Part shown: positions 25,190 to 32,000 of the stretch, piece by piece
Numbering within the stretch: the first letter of the stretch is position 1
Layout: every line of letters begins with the position of its first letter
Origin: Geotalea uraniireducens Rf4
GTDB lineage: Bacteria; Desulfobacterota; Desulfuromonadia; Geobacterales; Geobacteraceae
Direction: 5' to 3'
NCBI RefSeq assembly: GCF_000016745.1
Contig: NC_009483.1
Span: 1,020,001-1,052,000, forward strand
Length of the DNA: 32,000 bases
Translations under genes and position numbers: made by a program
Notes under the pieces: generated by a model
Seen by the model: only the letters and a program-made list of their open reading frames with translations
Told to the model about the DNA's origin: nothing
Database searches by the model: none

Positions 25190-25453
25190 ATGAGCCTTAT
25201 AGATAATCCTGACCAGGCCAGGCGGCTTGCCAGGGCAATCATGTCCGACGTTGCCATCTACAACCGGGAAAAGGTGGAACAAGGGATCAAGAACGACAAC
25301 ATTTTCGACATCCTTTCTGAAGAGCTCGATGAGGGGCGGCAGCATTTCAATACCAGGGTGACACCCGGACTTGCCCAATCCAATATGTTTGAAATTGCCG
25401 TGGTGGATGTTCTTATCAAGCGGGCCGGCAAGATCGAATCTCCAATCTGGTAA
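25190..25453 (+). CDS. Small hypothetical protein (87 aa)
   Basis: AGGGGAAACC RBS region. Clean hydrophilic composition. A hairpin terminator follows. No family recognised. Confidence 0.6.
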   Translation: MSLIDNPDQARRLARAIMSDVAIYNREKVEQGIKNDNIFDILSEELDEGRQHFNTRVTPGLAQSNMFEIAVVDVLIKRAGKIESPIW

Positions 25454-25481
25454 GCGTCGGTTTTCAACCAGTCTATTGCCG

Positions 25482-25516
25482 AGGCGCGATTTATTAAATC
25501 GCGCCTTCGTTATTTT
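25482..25516 (+). terminator. Hairpin terminator
   Basis: AGGCGCGATTT (25482-25492), 3-nt loop, AAATCGCGCCT (25496-25506), then tcgTTATTTTT. Confidence 0.6.
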
Positions 25517-25533
25517 TAACAAGGTGCTTAAAC

Positions 25534-26496
25534 GTGGAAAACGTGGAATTGATATTTCCTGAAAATTCAGAGATAGAGCGGCTCGATAGCTTTATTGCCC
25601 GCAGCGTAAATGGTATGACCCGCGCAACGGCCCAGCGACTGATCGAGGCAGGGCAGATAACGGTCGACGGCCACCCGCAGAAGCCTTCACTGAAGCTGAA
25701 GGGGGGCGAGCGCCTGATGGTGACGATACCACCCCCTGTTGCGGCAGAGCCTGCGGCTGAAACCATTCCTCTTGAGATACTGTTCGAGGACCGTAATCTG
25801 GTGGTAGTCAACAAGGCCGCCGGCATGGTCGTACATCCCGGTGCGGGAAATAGCGGCGGCACGCTGGTGAACGCTCTGCTCGGCCATTGTACCGACCTGT
25901 CCGGCATTGGCGGCGAGTTACGACCCGGCATTGTCCATCGCATCGATAAGGACACTTCCGGTGTTCTCGTTGTGGCAAAGAGTGATGCGGCTCATCAGTC
26001 GCTGGCTGAGCAGTTCAAGGAACACACCATCAAACGGGTCTATCTCGCGCTCGTGTACGGCGCGCCGAAAGACGATAAGGGCCGACTGGAATCGCATATC
26101 GGGCGTCATCCGGTTGACAGAAAGCGGATGTCGGGCAAGGCGAAACATGGCAAGCATGCGGTTACCCACTGGCGGGTCGTTGGCCGCTATCGCGGCATTA
26201 CCCTTCTTCGCCTCAGGCTGGAAACCGGCCGTACCCATCAGATCCGGGTTCATCTCTCCGAGGCGGGCTATCCACTGGTTGGGGACGATGTTTACGGCGG
26301 TGGCAGCCGCTTGGCAACTGTTTCGGATACGTTGCTCCGTAAGTTGATCAAGGATCTGGGGCGCCAGGCACTGCACGCCAAGACCCTCGGTTTCATACAT
26401 CCCGTTACCGGTGAATACCTGGAGTTCGATACGGAACTTCCTGATGATATGGCAAGAATAGTCGAATACCTGGAGAGTACCGTAGAAAGCGCATAA
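25534..26496 (+). CDS. rluD: 23S rRNA pseudouridine synthase, RluA/RluD family
   Basis: N-terminal S4-like domain (RLDSFIA...TRA.AQRLI..G.I.V.G). Catalytic HRIDKDTSGVLVVAK motif. GTG start at 25534. Confidence 0.88.
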   Translation: MENVELIFPENSEIERLDSFIARSVNGMTRATAQRLIEAGQITVDGHPQKPSLKLKGGERLMVTIPPPVAAEPAAETIPLEILFEDRNLVVVNKAAGMVVHPGAGNSGGTLVNALLGHCTDLSGIGGELRPGIVHRIDKDTSGVLVVAKSDAAHQSLAEQFKEHTIKRVYLALVYGAPKDDKGRLESHIGRHPVDRKRMSGKAKHGKHAVTHWRVVGRYRGITLLRLRLETGRTHQIRVHLSEAGYPLVGDDVYGGGSRLATVSDTLLRKLIKDLGRQALHAKTLGFIHPVTGEYLEFDTELPDDMARIVEYLESTVESA

Positions 26497-26577
26497 ATTA
26501 CGCCGCCTTTGCGGTTCAAAGAAGCGTTTTTATCAGCTGCTTCCCAAAGGCAAGAAAAAATATTAAGAGGTAGCGAT

Positions 26578-27381
26578 ATGGAAATGAAAAAAGCCGGCAA
26601 GGTCCAATACCTGGAGCCGCAGGCACTTGCCAGAAGCGGTGCGGCTGTAATGGGCTTCACCACCCGACACGAGGGCGTTTCGCGTCCTCCTTACAATTCT
26701 CTCAACCTGGGAACCAACACGTTCGATTCGCCTCACAGTGTGGAGGGGAACCGGAGCGTGTTGACAAGGGCCTTCGGCGCAGGGCTGGAACAGCTCGTAA
26801 CCGTCAAGCAGGTGCATGGTACGGACCTTCTGGTCATAGATTCCCCCAATCCGGATTATACCCATTTTCATACCCTTGAGTGCGATGGAATCATCACCAA
26901 CCAGCCGGGGATCATGATCGGCGTCGGCGTGGCAGACTGCGTGCCTCTGCTCCTGTTTGACCCGGTAAAACGAGTTGTCGCTGCGCTTCACGCGGGTTGG
27001 AAGGGGACTGCCGGGGAGATCGCCAAAAAAGGGGTTGCCGCCCTCCAGGAAATGTTCGGTTCCTCGACTGGCGATATCCTCGCTGCGGTCGGCCCTGCCA
27101 TCGGCCCTTGCTGCTACGAGGTGGATGCCCCGGTAATGGAAGCCTTCAAAAAAGGGGCCTCCGGCTGGGAGCTCTTTGCTGTCGCGAGGGGAGAAGGACG
27201 ATGGGGGCTCGACCTTGCTGCGGCTAACCGTCGCCAGCTTGCGGAATCCGGCCTGCCGAATGGAAATATCGTCGTTGCAGATCAATGCGTCAGCTGTAAC
27301 CAGGAGCTGTTTTTCTCCTACAGGCGCGATAAGGGGGATACGGGAAGGCAAATGGGATTCATCATGTTAAAGGCGTCCTGA
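26578..27381 (+). CDS. pgeF: YfiH/PgeF laccase-domain (DUF152) protein
   Basis: ATG at 26578 is preceded by AAGAGG. Motifs QVHG, ADCVPLLLFD and ALHAGWKGT, plus the C..C pair, are typical of YfiH. The rluD-yfiH adjacency is as in E. coli. Confidence 0.85.
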   Translation: MEMKKAGKVQYLEPQALARSGAAVMGFTTRHEGVSRPPYNSLNLGTNTFDSPHSVEGNRSVLTRAFGAGLEQLVTVKQVHGTDLLVIDSPNPDYTHFHTLECDGIITNQPGIMIGVGVADCVPLLLFDPVKRVVAALHAGWKGTAGEIAKKGVAALQEMFGSSTGDILAAVGPAIGPCCYEVDAPVMEAFKKGASGWELFAVARGEGRWGLDLAAANRRQLAESGLPNGNIVVADQCVSCNQELFFSYRRDKGDTGRQMGFIMLKAS

Positions 27382-27522
27382 AAGCCCTCTTCCGGCGCTG
27401 CTTCTCTTCCTTTACGGCATACGACAGCGTAGCGGCAAAGCTCAATAAATTATGGTCAATTCCATTCTCTTCTGCTATAAACGCTAGGTGGTTATATATC
27501 CGGTCTTTCGGGAGGATGAACA

Positions 27523-28377
27523 ATGCGGATGTTTTTCAGATTTGCCTTTCTCTTCATGCTGTCCCTGTTTACCTTCGGCTGCGCCCAAAACTTTTATAAT
27601 ATCCCCAGAGAGACCTACCAGAAGAAGGTAAGAACGCTGGGGGTCGCACCTCTCTTTGTCGATGGCGATTCAGACATCAAGCACCCGGAAAAGGATGCGC
27701 TCGTCAACTTGATCAAGGACGCCAACCGGATAAACGAAAAGGAACTAATTGCCCAGCTGAAGAATACCGGCGCTTACTTCTCCGTCCGCCTGCTCGATGC
27801 CGATGCCGGCCAGATGTTTTCCGCACTGTTCAGCCGGAGAGAGAAACGCGACGACGCCGGAATCATCTATAACAAGTATTTCTTCAAGACAGAAGAGATC
27901 AGGAACATCATCTCGAAAAACGATGTCGATGCAGTCCTGCTGGTCACGGTGAACGGCCTGACCAAACCGGACAAGATCTACGCCAGTAATCTCCTCTCCT
28001 ATCTGGAAAGCGACTACAACTACCTCGCCATGAGCGCCCAGATTCTGGATGCGGACGGAAACACACTGTGGGAGTACCCCAATTTCCGTCAGCGGTCGCT
28101 GACCTTCCCCATGTTCTTTGCGCTTCAGTACCCCGATTTCGACGAAGCTGCAGCCAACCTGAGCGACCGGGTCGACGTGAAGTTCAAGACCATACCGGGT
28201 ATTTCCAAGGCCTTTGCCAAAGCGGAAAAATCATCGGTTCAGAGTAAGGCACAGGTATCCACCCTGTACAATCTTATTTTCGAGGATATGGTTTCGATGT
28301 TGAAGCCGGAGAAGAATCTATTCGGCGGTAAAAAGGAAGAAGCCAAGGATGTGAAGCCGCAGACAGACCCGAAATAA
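27523..28377 (+). CDS. Hypothetical lipoprotein
   Basis: Signal peptide with lipobox LFTFGC. GGGAGG RBS. No family recognised. Confidence 0.75.
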   Translation: MRMFFRFAFLFMLSLFTFGCAQNFYNIPRETYQKKVRTLGVAPLFVDGDSDIKHPEKDALVNLIKDANRINEKELIAQLKNTGAYFSVRLLDADAGQMFSALFSRREKRDDAGIIYNKYFFKTEEIRNIISKNDVDAVLLVTVNGLTKPDKIYASNLLSYLESDYNYLAMSAQILDADGNTLWEYPNFRQRSLTFPMFFALQYPDFDEAAANLSDRVDVKFKTIPGISKAFAKAEKSSVQSKAQVSTLYNLIFEDMVSMLKPEKNLFGGKKEEAKDVKPQTDPK

Positions 28378-28399
28378 TTAAATTATGCCGGAACGAAAA

Positions 28400-28430
28400 G
28401 AGCCCACTCCGAATTGTCCGGCGTGGGCTC
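28400..28430. terminator. Hairpin between convergent genes
   Basis: GAGCCCAC (28400-28407) pairs with GTGGGCTC (28423-28430), followed by agTATTTT. Confidence 0.5.
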
Positions 28431-28465
28431 AGTATTTTCCATGTGCAGGGTGACGTGCAGCGATG

Positions 28466-28798
28466 CTAGTCGTCGTTTTTGCCCCAGCGCTGGTTCATTC
28501 TCTTGTGGTTAATGGCGTTTTCGCTGCTGACCTCATCCAGTATCCGATCAGCTTCTTCGGCGGTCAGACCGACGCTCGGTCGCACTCCCATCCAGTGGGT
28601 CAGATCGCCACTCGGGTTGTCCAATGGTTGCGGGATCGGCGGTCCCGGCTTGAACTTGTCATTGAGGAACAACGCAGCTTCAAACTGGCCGTTTCTCATG
28701 ACCAGCCTGACTTCGGCAAAGTAGTCGTTCTTCAATCTTTTTACAATGATGATATCTTTAACAGTCATGTCTGCCGGTACATCGATAAGTTCTGTCAT
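28466..28798 (-). CDS. Hypothetical protein (110 aa)
   Basis: GGGGGA RBS upstream of the ATG at 28798. The composition looks coding. No family recognised. Confidence 0.6.
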   Translation of the reverse strand: MTELIDVPADMTVKDIIIVKRLKNDYFAEVRLVMRNGQFEAALFLNDKFKPGPPIPQPLDNPSGDLTHWMGVRPSVGLTAEEADRILDEVSSENAINHKRMNQRWGKNDD

Positions 28799-29040
28799 GG
28801 TAGCCGTCCCCCAATCGCTTTTTTTGAAACAATATCACAGATAAATGTTACAGTTCAAGAGAAGAGTAGCGAATGCTCCGAGTTACCCGCAGGTAAGAAG
28901 AACTCCTCATTACCCGTATCTTTTCCTTGAATTCCCTGGATGAGTAATTTATTATGCATTACGATTAATCGACCGTCTTCGGCAAACTGGCGGTAGACCG
29001 CGCTGGCCGACGTGATCGAGCCGCGGGAAGGTTATCTGGT

Positions 29041-30132
29041 ATGGCATGGAAAATAGCGATAGTCCGTAAAAAACTCTTCATTCCACTTGCCCTGGCAATG
29101 AGCGTGTTTCTCAGCGGCTTGATCTTTACCGTCTACCGCCTGCAATGGGACCATATCCATTCAGAGACGGCGTTGAGGGTCGAAGCCTTTCATAAAAATT
29201 TTCAGAGCCAGGTGCAGAGTGAAACAGAACTGCTCAACGGGCTCCTCTCCTTCATCAAGGAAAACAAAAATCTGCAGAGGGACTGGCTGGCGGGTGACCG
29301 TGCCGCTCTCCTGCGCGATGCCACGCCCATTTTCAAGGAACTCCGTTCCCGAAGCCTGATTACGCATTTTTATTTCATTACGCCTGATAAAGAATGTTTT
29401 CTGCGCGTTCATAAACCGGAGAGCCGTGGCGATTTCATCGATCGCATCACCATGGATATTGCCGCACATCTGGGTAGGCCGGCCCATGGGATCGAGATGG
29501 GGCCGTTCGGTACAGTTGCCCTGCGCGTGGTGCATCCATGGGTCATCGACGGCAAAGTGGCGGGTTACATCGAGCTGGGTGAGGATGTCGAGCAGATTAC
29601 GACTCGCATATCTCAGATCATGAATATTGAGCTGTTGTCCGTGGTCGCCAAGAAATATCTGGACAAGGGCAAATGGGAACAGGGCCTGCGCATGTCGGGC
29701 CGCACAGGTGACTGGGAGCGGCTCAAGGATTACGTCGTCGTCTCAAGCGATTCGGAGAAGGTCTACCCCGGTTTGGATAAGGTGCTGGCTGAAGGCAAAA
29801 GGTCCGACGACCAGTTTATCCTATCGACCGGCGGCCGCACCCTCAAGGGGGGATTCGATGCTTCCATAGACGCCGCAGGCAACAATATCGGCAAGTTCGT
29901 CATCTTTTCCGATGTCAGCGGGGAGGAAAAAAGCCTCTACGGGATACTGTTGAGGCTTGGCGCGTTTACCCTGGTGATCTCCGGGCTTACGCTGGCATTT
30001 TTCGATTGGTATATCAGCCGTATCCATAATAAACACGCGGAAGTAGAGCGTGTCCCCATGCGCGAATCCGAAAAAGCTGAGCCTGCCGCTAATGAGCCGG
30101 CAGCGACAGAGCAGCAAAAACCCCACAGCTAA
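29041..30132 (+). CDS. Membrane protein made of a periplasmic Cache/PDC-like sensor domain between two TM helices, with no output domain
   Basis: TM1 at about res 12-32 and TM2 at about res 298-325. The roughly 265-aa periplasmic region contains THFYFITPDKECFLRVHKPESRGD, as seen in Cache-type sensor domains. The 38-aa cytoplasmic tail is rich in E, A and P. Confidence 0.75.
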   Translation: MAWKIAIVRKKLFIPLALAMSVFLSGLIFTVYRLQWDHIHSETALRVEAFHKNFQSQVQSETELLNGLLSFIKENKNLQRDWLAGDRAALLRDATPIFKELRSRSLITHFYFITPDKECFLRVHKPESRGDFIDRITMDIAAHLGRPAHGIEMGPFGTVALRVVHPWVIDGKVAGYIELGEDVEQITTRISQIMNIELLSVVAKKYLDKGKWEQGLRMSGRTGDWERLKDYVVVSSDSEKVYPGLDKVLAEGKRSDDQFILSTGGRTLKGGFDASIDAAGNNIGKFVIFSDVSGEEKSLYGILLRLGAFTLVISGLTLAFFDWYISRIHNKHAEVERVPMRESEKAEPAANEPAATEQQKPHS

Positions 30133-30142
30133 GCATCCTTCC

Positions 30143-30934
30143 TTACCTTTCCTCCAATCGCCCGAGCAGCCTGAGCAGGCCGTCAAGAATAGTGATGGGG
30201 TGCGGTGGGCAGCCGGGTATGTAGAGATCGACCGGCAGAAGGCCTTCCACGCCGTTATGGGCCTCCGACGAATCGATGAACGGCCCGCCATTGATGGCGC
30301 AGGCACCGCTGGCGATGACGATCTTCGGCTCCGGCACCGCTTCGTAAGTCTTCAAGAGCGCCTCGCGCATGTTCTCCGTCACCGGGCCGGTGACGAATAT
30401 CCCGTCGGCATGGCGCGGCGAGGCGACGAACTGGATGCCGAACCGCCCCAGATCGAATCCCACCGTGGAGAGTACGTTGACGTCCGCCTCGCAGGCATTG
30501 CAGCCGCCGGCGCTTACCTCGCGCAGTTTGAGGGAGCGGCCGAAGAGGGAGAGCATTCGCGCATCGAGGGCCTGGGCCAGCTTCCGTTCGCACCCCTGCG
30601 TGACGATCAGGTCGGCGCGGTGAGTTGCCGCCAGCTTTTCGTCGCAGCTGAAGGAAATTGCCCCGTGAGGGCAGGCCTCCGCGCATTCCGGGCAGAACAG
30701 GCATTTACCCATGTCCAGGGAGAGGTTTTTCCCGGTCCCCGTTTCCAGTTCCCCGTTTCCGGTTGTAATGGCGCCGAAAGGGCAGGCATCGGCGCAGAGC
30801 CGGCAGCCGGAGGGGCATGCATCTGGATTGAGGAGCGGGTAGCCGCGGAACAGCTCCGGCAGCACTGCCGGTTCAGCCGGGTATTTGATGGTGCGATGTT
30901 TCTGATGGATGCGGGCGAGTATGGCTTTGAACAT
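30143..30934 (-). CDS. Fusion of a 2x[4Fe-4S] ferredoxin (HycF-like) with a NuoB/HycG-type small subunit of group 4 [NiFe] hydrogenase-like complexes
   Basis: The N-terminus MFKAILARIH..YP.EP....FRG resembles the HycF N-terminus. It has CPSGCRLCADACP and CLFCPECAEACP. The C-terminal half has NuoB/HycG motifs GGCNACE, ASGACAINGG and IPGCPPHP. ATG at 30934 with GAGGT RBS is preferred over GTG at 30952. Confidence 0.85.
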   Translation of the reverse strand: MFKAILARIHQKHRTIKYPAEPAVLPELFRGYPLLNPDACPSGCRLCADACPFGAITTGNGELETGTGKNLSLDMGKCLFCPECAEACPHGAISFSCDEKLAATHRADLIVTQGCERKLAQALDARMLSLFGRSLKLREVSAGGCNACEADVNVLSTVGFDLGRFGIQFVASPRHADGIFVTGPVTENMREALLKTYEAVPEPKIVIASGACAINGGPFIDSSEAHNGVEGLLPVDLYIPGCPPHPITILDGLLRLLGRLEER

Positions 30935-31061
30935 GGTTTGAACCTCGGACACATGATGCGGGCAGTTCGAGAAATTAAGAGAAACGACTTCTTTGTTGTC
31001 TTATCTATTTATATAGCTGATGTCTTCGAAAAAGTACCTAATACTACTCCGACACATAGCT

Positions 31062-31070
31062 TGATATAAT
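31062..31070 (+). promoter_or_regulatory. Extended -10 promoter element (TGaTATAAT) upstream of the transposase gene
   Basis: Read directly; it ends 25 nt upstream of the ATG at 31096. Confidence 0.35.
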
Positions 31071-31095
31071 CTGTTTCATGTGATAATCTCTGCGA

Positions 31096-32000
31096 ATGAC
31101 AACAGAGATCGTTTTCCCCGGCATCGAAGAATATATGGCTCCCTATTATGGCTATTTCCATCGGTCAGAGAGCCGTGAACTGGCAGAATGTTACTTGGCC
31201 GGCCTGCTCATGGACGGTGAGCGCAAGTCAGTTGAACCCATGTCAGAGAAGGTAAACGCATCTGAACGAAGTATGCAGCGCCTCCTTTCGACTGCCAAAT
31301 GGGACGATCAACTTGTTGCTGAGCAATTCCGCCGTTCCATGCTTGACGTCACTTCCGACCCGCAGGGGATCCTGGTTCTTGATGATACCGGGTTCCCTAA
31401 GAAAGGGTACGACAGTGTATGTGTTGCCCGGCAATACTGCGGTGCATCAGGCAAGACTGACAACTGTCAGATTGGCGTAAGCATGACGTATGTCGGCAGA
31501 GATGTCGCCTGGCCATATGCCATGGAACTGTTCGTCCCGGAATCCTGGGATCAGCAAAATGATGATTGCACCGCAAAGCGTAAAAAGGCTCACATGCCGG
31601 AGTCAGTGCACCATAAGTCAAAATGGCGCATGGCACTTGATTTTGTTGACCTGGCCCGAAAAGACAATGTTCCCCATCGTGCAGTCCTTGCTGACAGCTG
31701 GTATGGCAACATTCCGGAGTTTCGCAAGGAGCTTGAGTCCCGCAGTGAAAATTACATCCTGGGAGCTTACTCCAACACCCCGGTATTTCTTGAGGAGCCG
31801 GTCTTTGAAATTGCGCCAGTCAAAGAGCATAAGCGAGGGCGTCCACGAACTCGCCCTAAGGTAGTCTCCACAAACCCCGAACCGGTCAAGCTGTCGGTAC
31901 TGGGCGAAAGCATTGCCGATGATGCATGGCAACGGCTAGAATTGAGGCTCAATTCCAAGGACAAGCCACTTGTTGCAGAGGCCGTCTCAATGAGAGTGTG
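31096..32000 (+). CDS. IS701-family (IS4 superfamily) DDE transposase; the 3' end lies outside the window
   Basis: The frame is open from ATG 31096 to the window end (301 codons, no stop, hence absent from the ORF track). Translation is MTTEIVFPGIEEYMAPYYGYFHRSESRELAECYLAGLLMDGERKSVEPM..GILVLDDTGFPKKG..CVARQYCGASGKTDNCQIGV..AVLADSWYG.., typical of IS701-like transposases. Confidence 0.85.
   Translation, partial: MTTEIVFPGIEEYMAPYYGYFHRSESRELAECYLAGLLMDGERKSVEPMSEKVNASERSMQRLLSTAKWDDQLVAEQFRRSMLDVTSDPQGILVLDDTGFPKKGYDSVCVARQYCGASGKTDNCQIGVSMTYVGRDVAWPYAMELFVPESWDQQNDDCTAKRKKAHMPESVHHKSKWRMALDFVDLARKDNVPHRAVLADSWYGNIPEFRKELESRSENYILGAYSNTPVFLEEPVFEIAPVKEHKRGRPRTRPKVVSTNPEPVKLSVLGESIADDAWQRLELRLNSKDKPLVAEAVSMRV

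Larger units (their letters stand above)
30955..32000 (+). mobile_element. Insertion sequence (IS701 family), partial. The left boundary is not determinable and lies somewhere in 30953-31095
   Basis: An AT-rich non-coding stretch with stops in all frames precedes the transposase ORF. The other IS end is outside the window, so no inverted repeat can be paired. Confidence 0.5.

Noticed and set aside
30050-31069. 339-aa + strand ORF
   Set aside because: It is antisense to the HycF-HycG-like gene, whose FeS and NuoB motifs identify the true strand. Its composition is Ala/Gly/Arg-rich.
1-32000. Search by eye for tRNA T-loop/acceptor signatures, rRNA, CRISPR repeat arrays, reverse transcriptases and known defence genes
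   Set aside because: None was found. No regularly spaced direct repeats and no GGTTCGAATCC-type T-arms occur outside coding sequence. A covariance-model scan (tRNAscan-SE/Infernal) would be needed to be certain.

Overview
This 32-kb window is about 55% GC by eye and looks like a chromosomal segment from a Geobacteraceae/Desulfuromonadales-type bacterium. That placement is inferred from gene content only.

Gene order:
- glgA 3' end, followed by two small ORFs.
- A minus-strand ImcH-like heptaheme inner-membrane cytochrome, divergent from an operon encoding a membrane-anchored tetraheme cytochrome c, a Tat-exported NrfC-like FeS protein and an NrfD-like membrane protein. A DUF2339-like polytopic membrane protein follows.
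- A class V aminotransferase and an exported protein.
- A structured leader, an unlisted 58-aa zinc-ribbon ORF and an unlisted 52-aa rubredoxin.
- A 560-bp AT-rich divergent region.
- Two different PEP carboxykinases in tandem, one GTP-type and one ATP-type.
- A group-1 membrane-bound [NiFe] hydrogenase operon (small subunit, large subunit, cytochrome b). Its maturation-protease gene survives only as an N-terminal remnant of about 50 codons.
- A minus-strand c-di-GMP signalling pair: REC-PAS-GGDEF-EAL followed by a membrane-PAS histidine kinase.
- A small ORF, an XRE-cupin regulator and a DegP/HtrA protease.
- A small conserved-looking ORF, rluD, a yfiH/pgeF-like gene and a lipoprotein.
- A 110-aa orphan and an output-less periplasmic sensor-domain protein.
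- A HycF-HycG-like fused FeS/NuoB-type hydrogenase small subunit.
- An IS701-family transposase that runs off the 3' end. It is absent from the ORF track because it has no stop codon inside the window.

I found no rRNA, tRNA, CRISPR array, phage genes or recognisable defence genes, and I cannot point to a clear-cut new system.

The most unusual items:
- The ImcH/tetraheme-NrfCD electron-transfer island with twin palindromes in its shared control region.
- A leader RNA with two mutually exclusive helices upstream of the zinc-ribbon ORF.
- The tandem GTP/ATP PEPCK pair.
- The decayed hydrogenase protease gene abutting the signalling pair.
- The orphan sensor and orphan hydrogenase subunit next to the IS.

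All family assignments come from motifs read in the translations. No searches were run.
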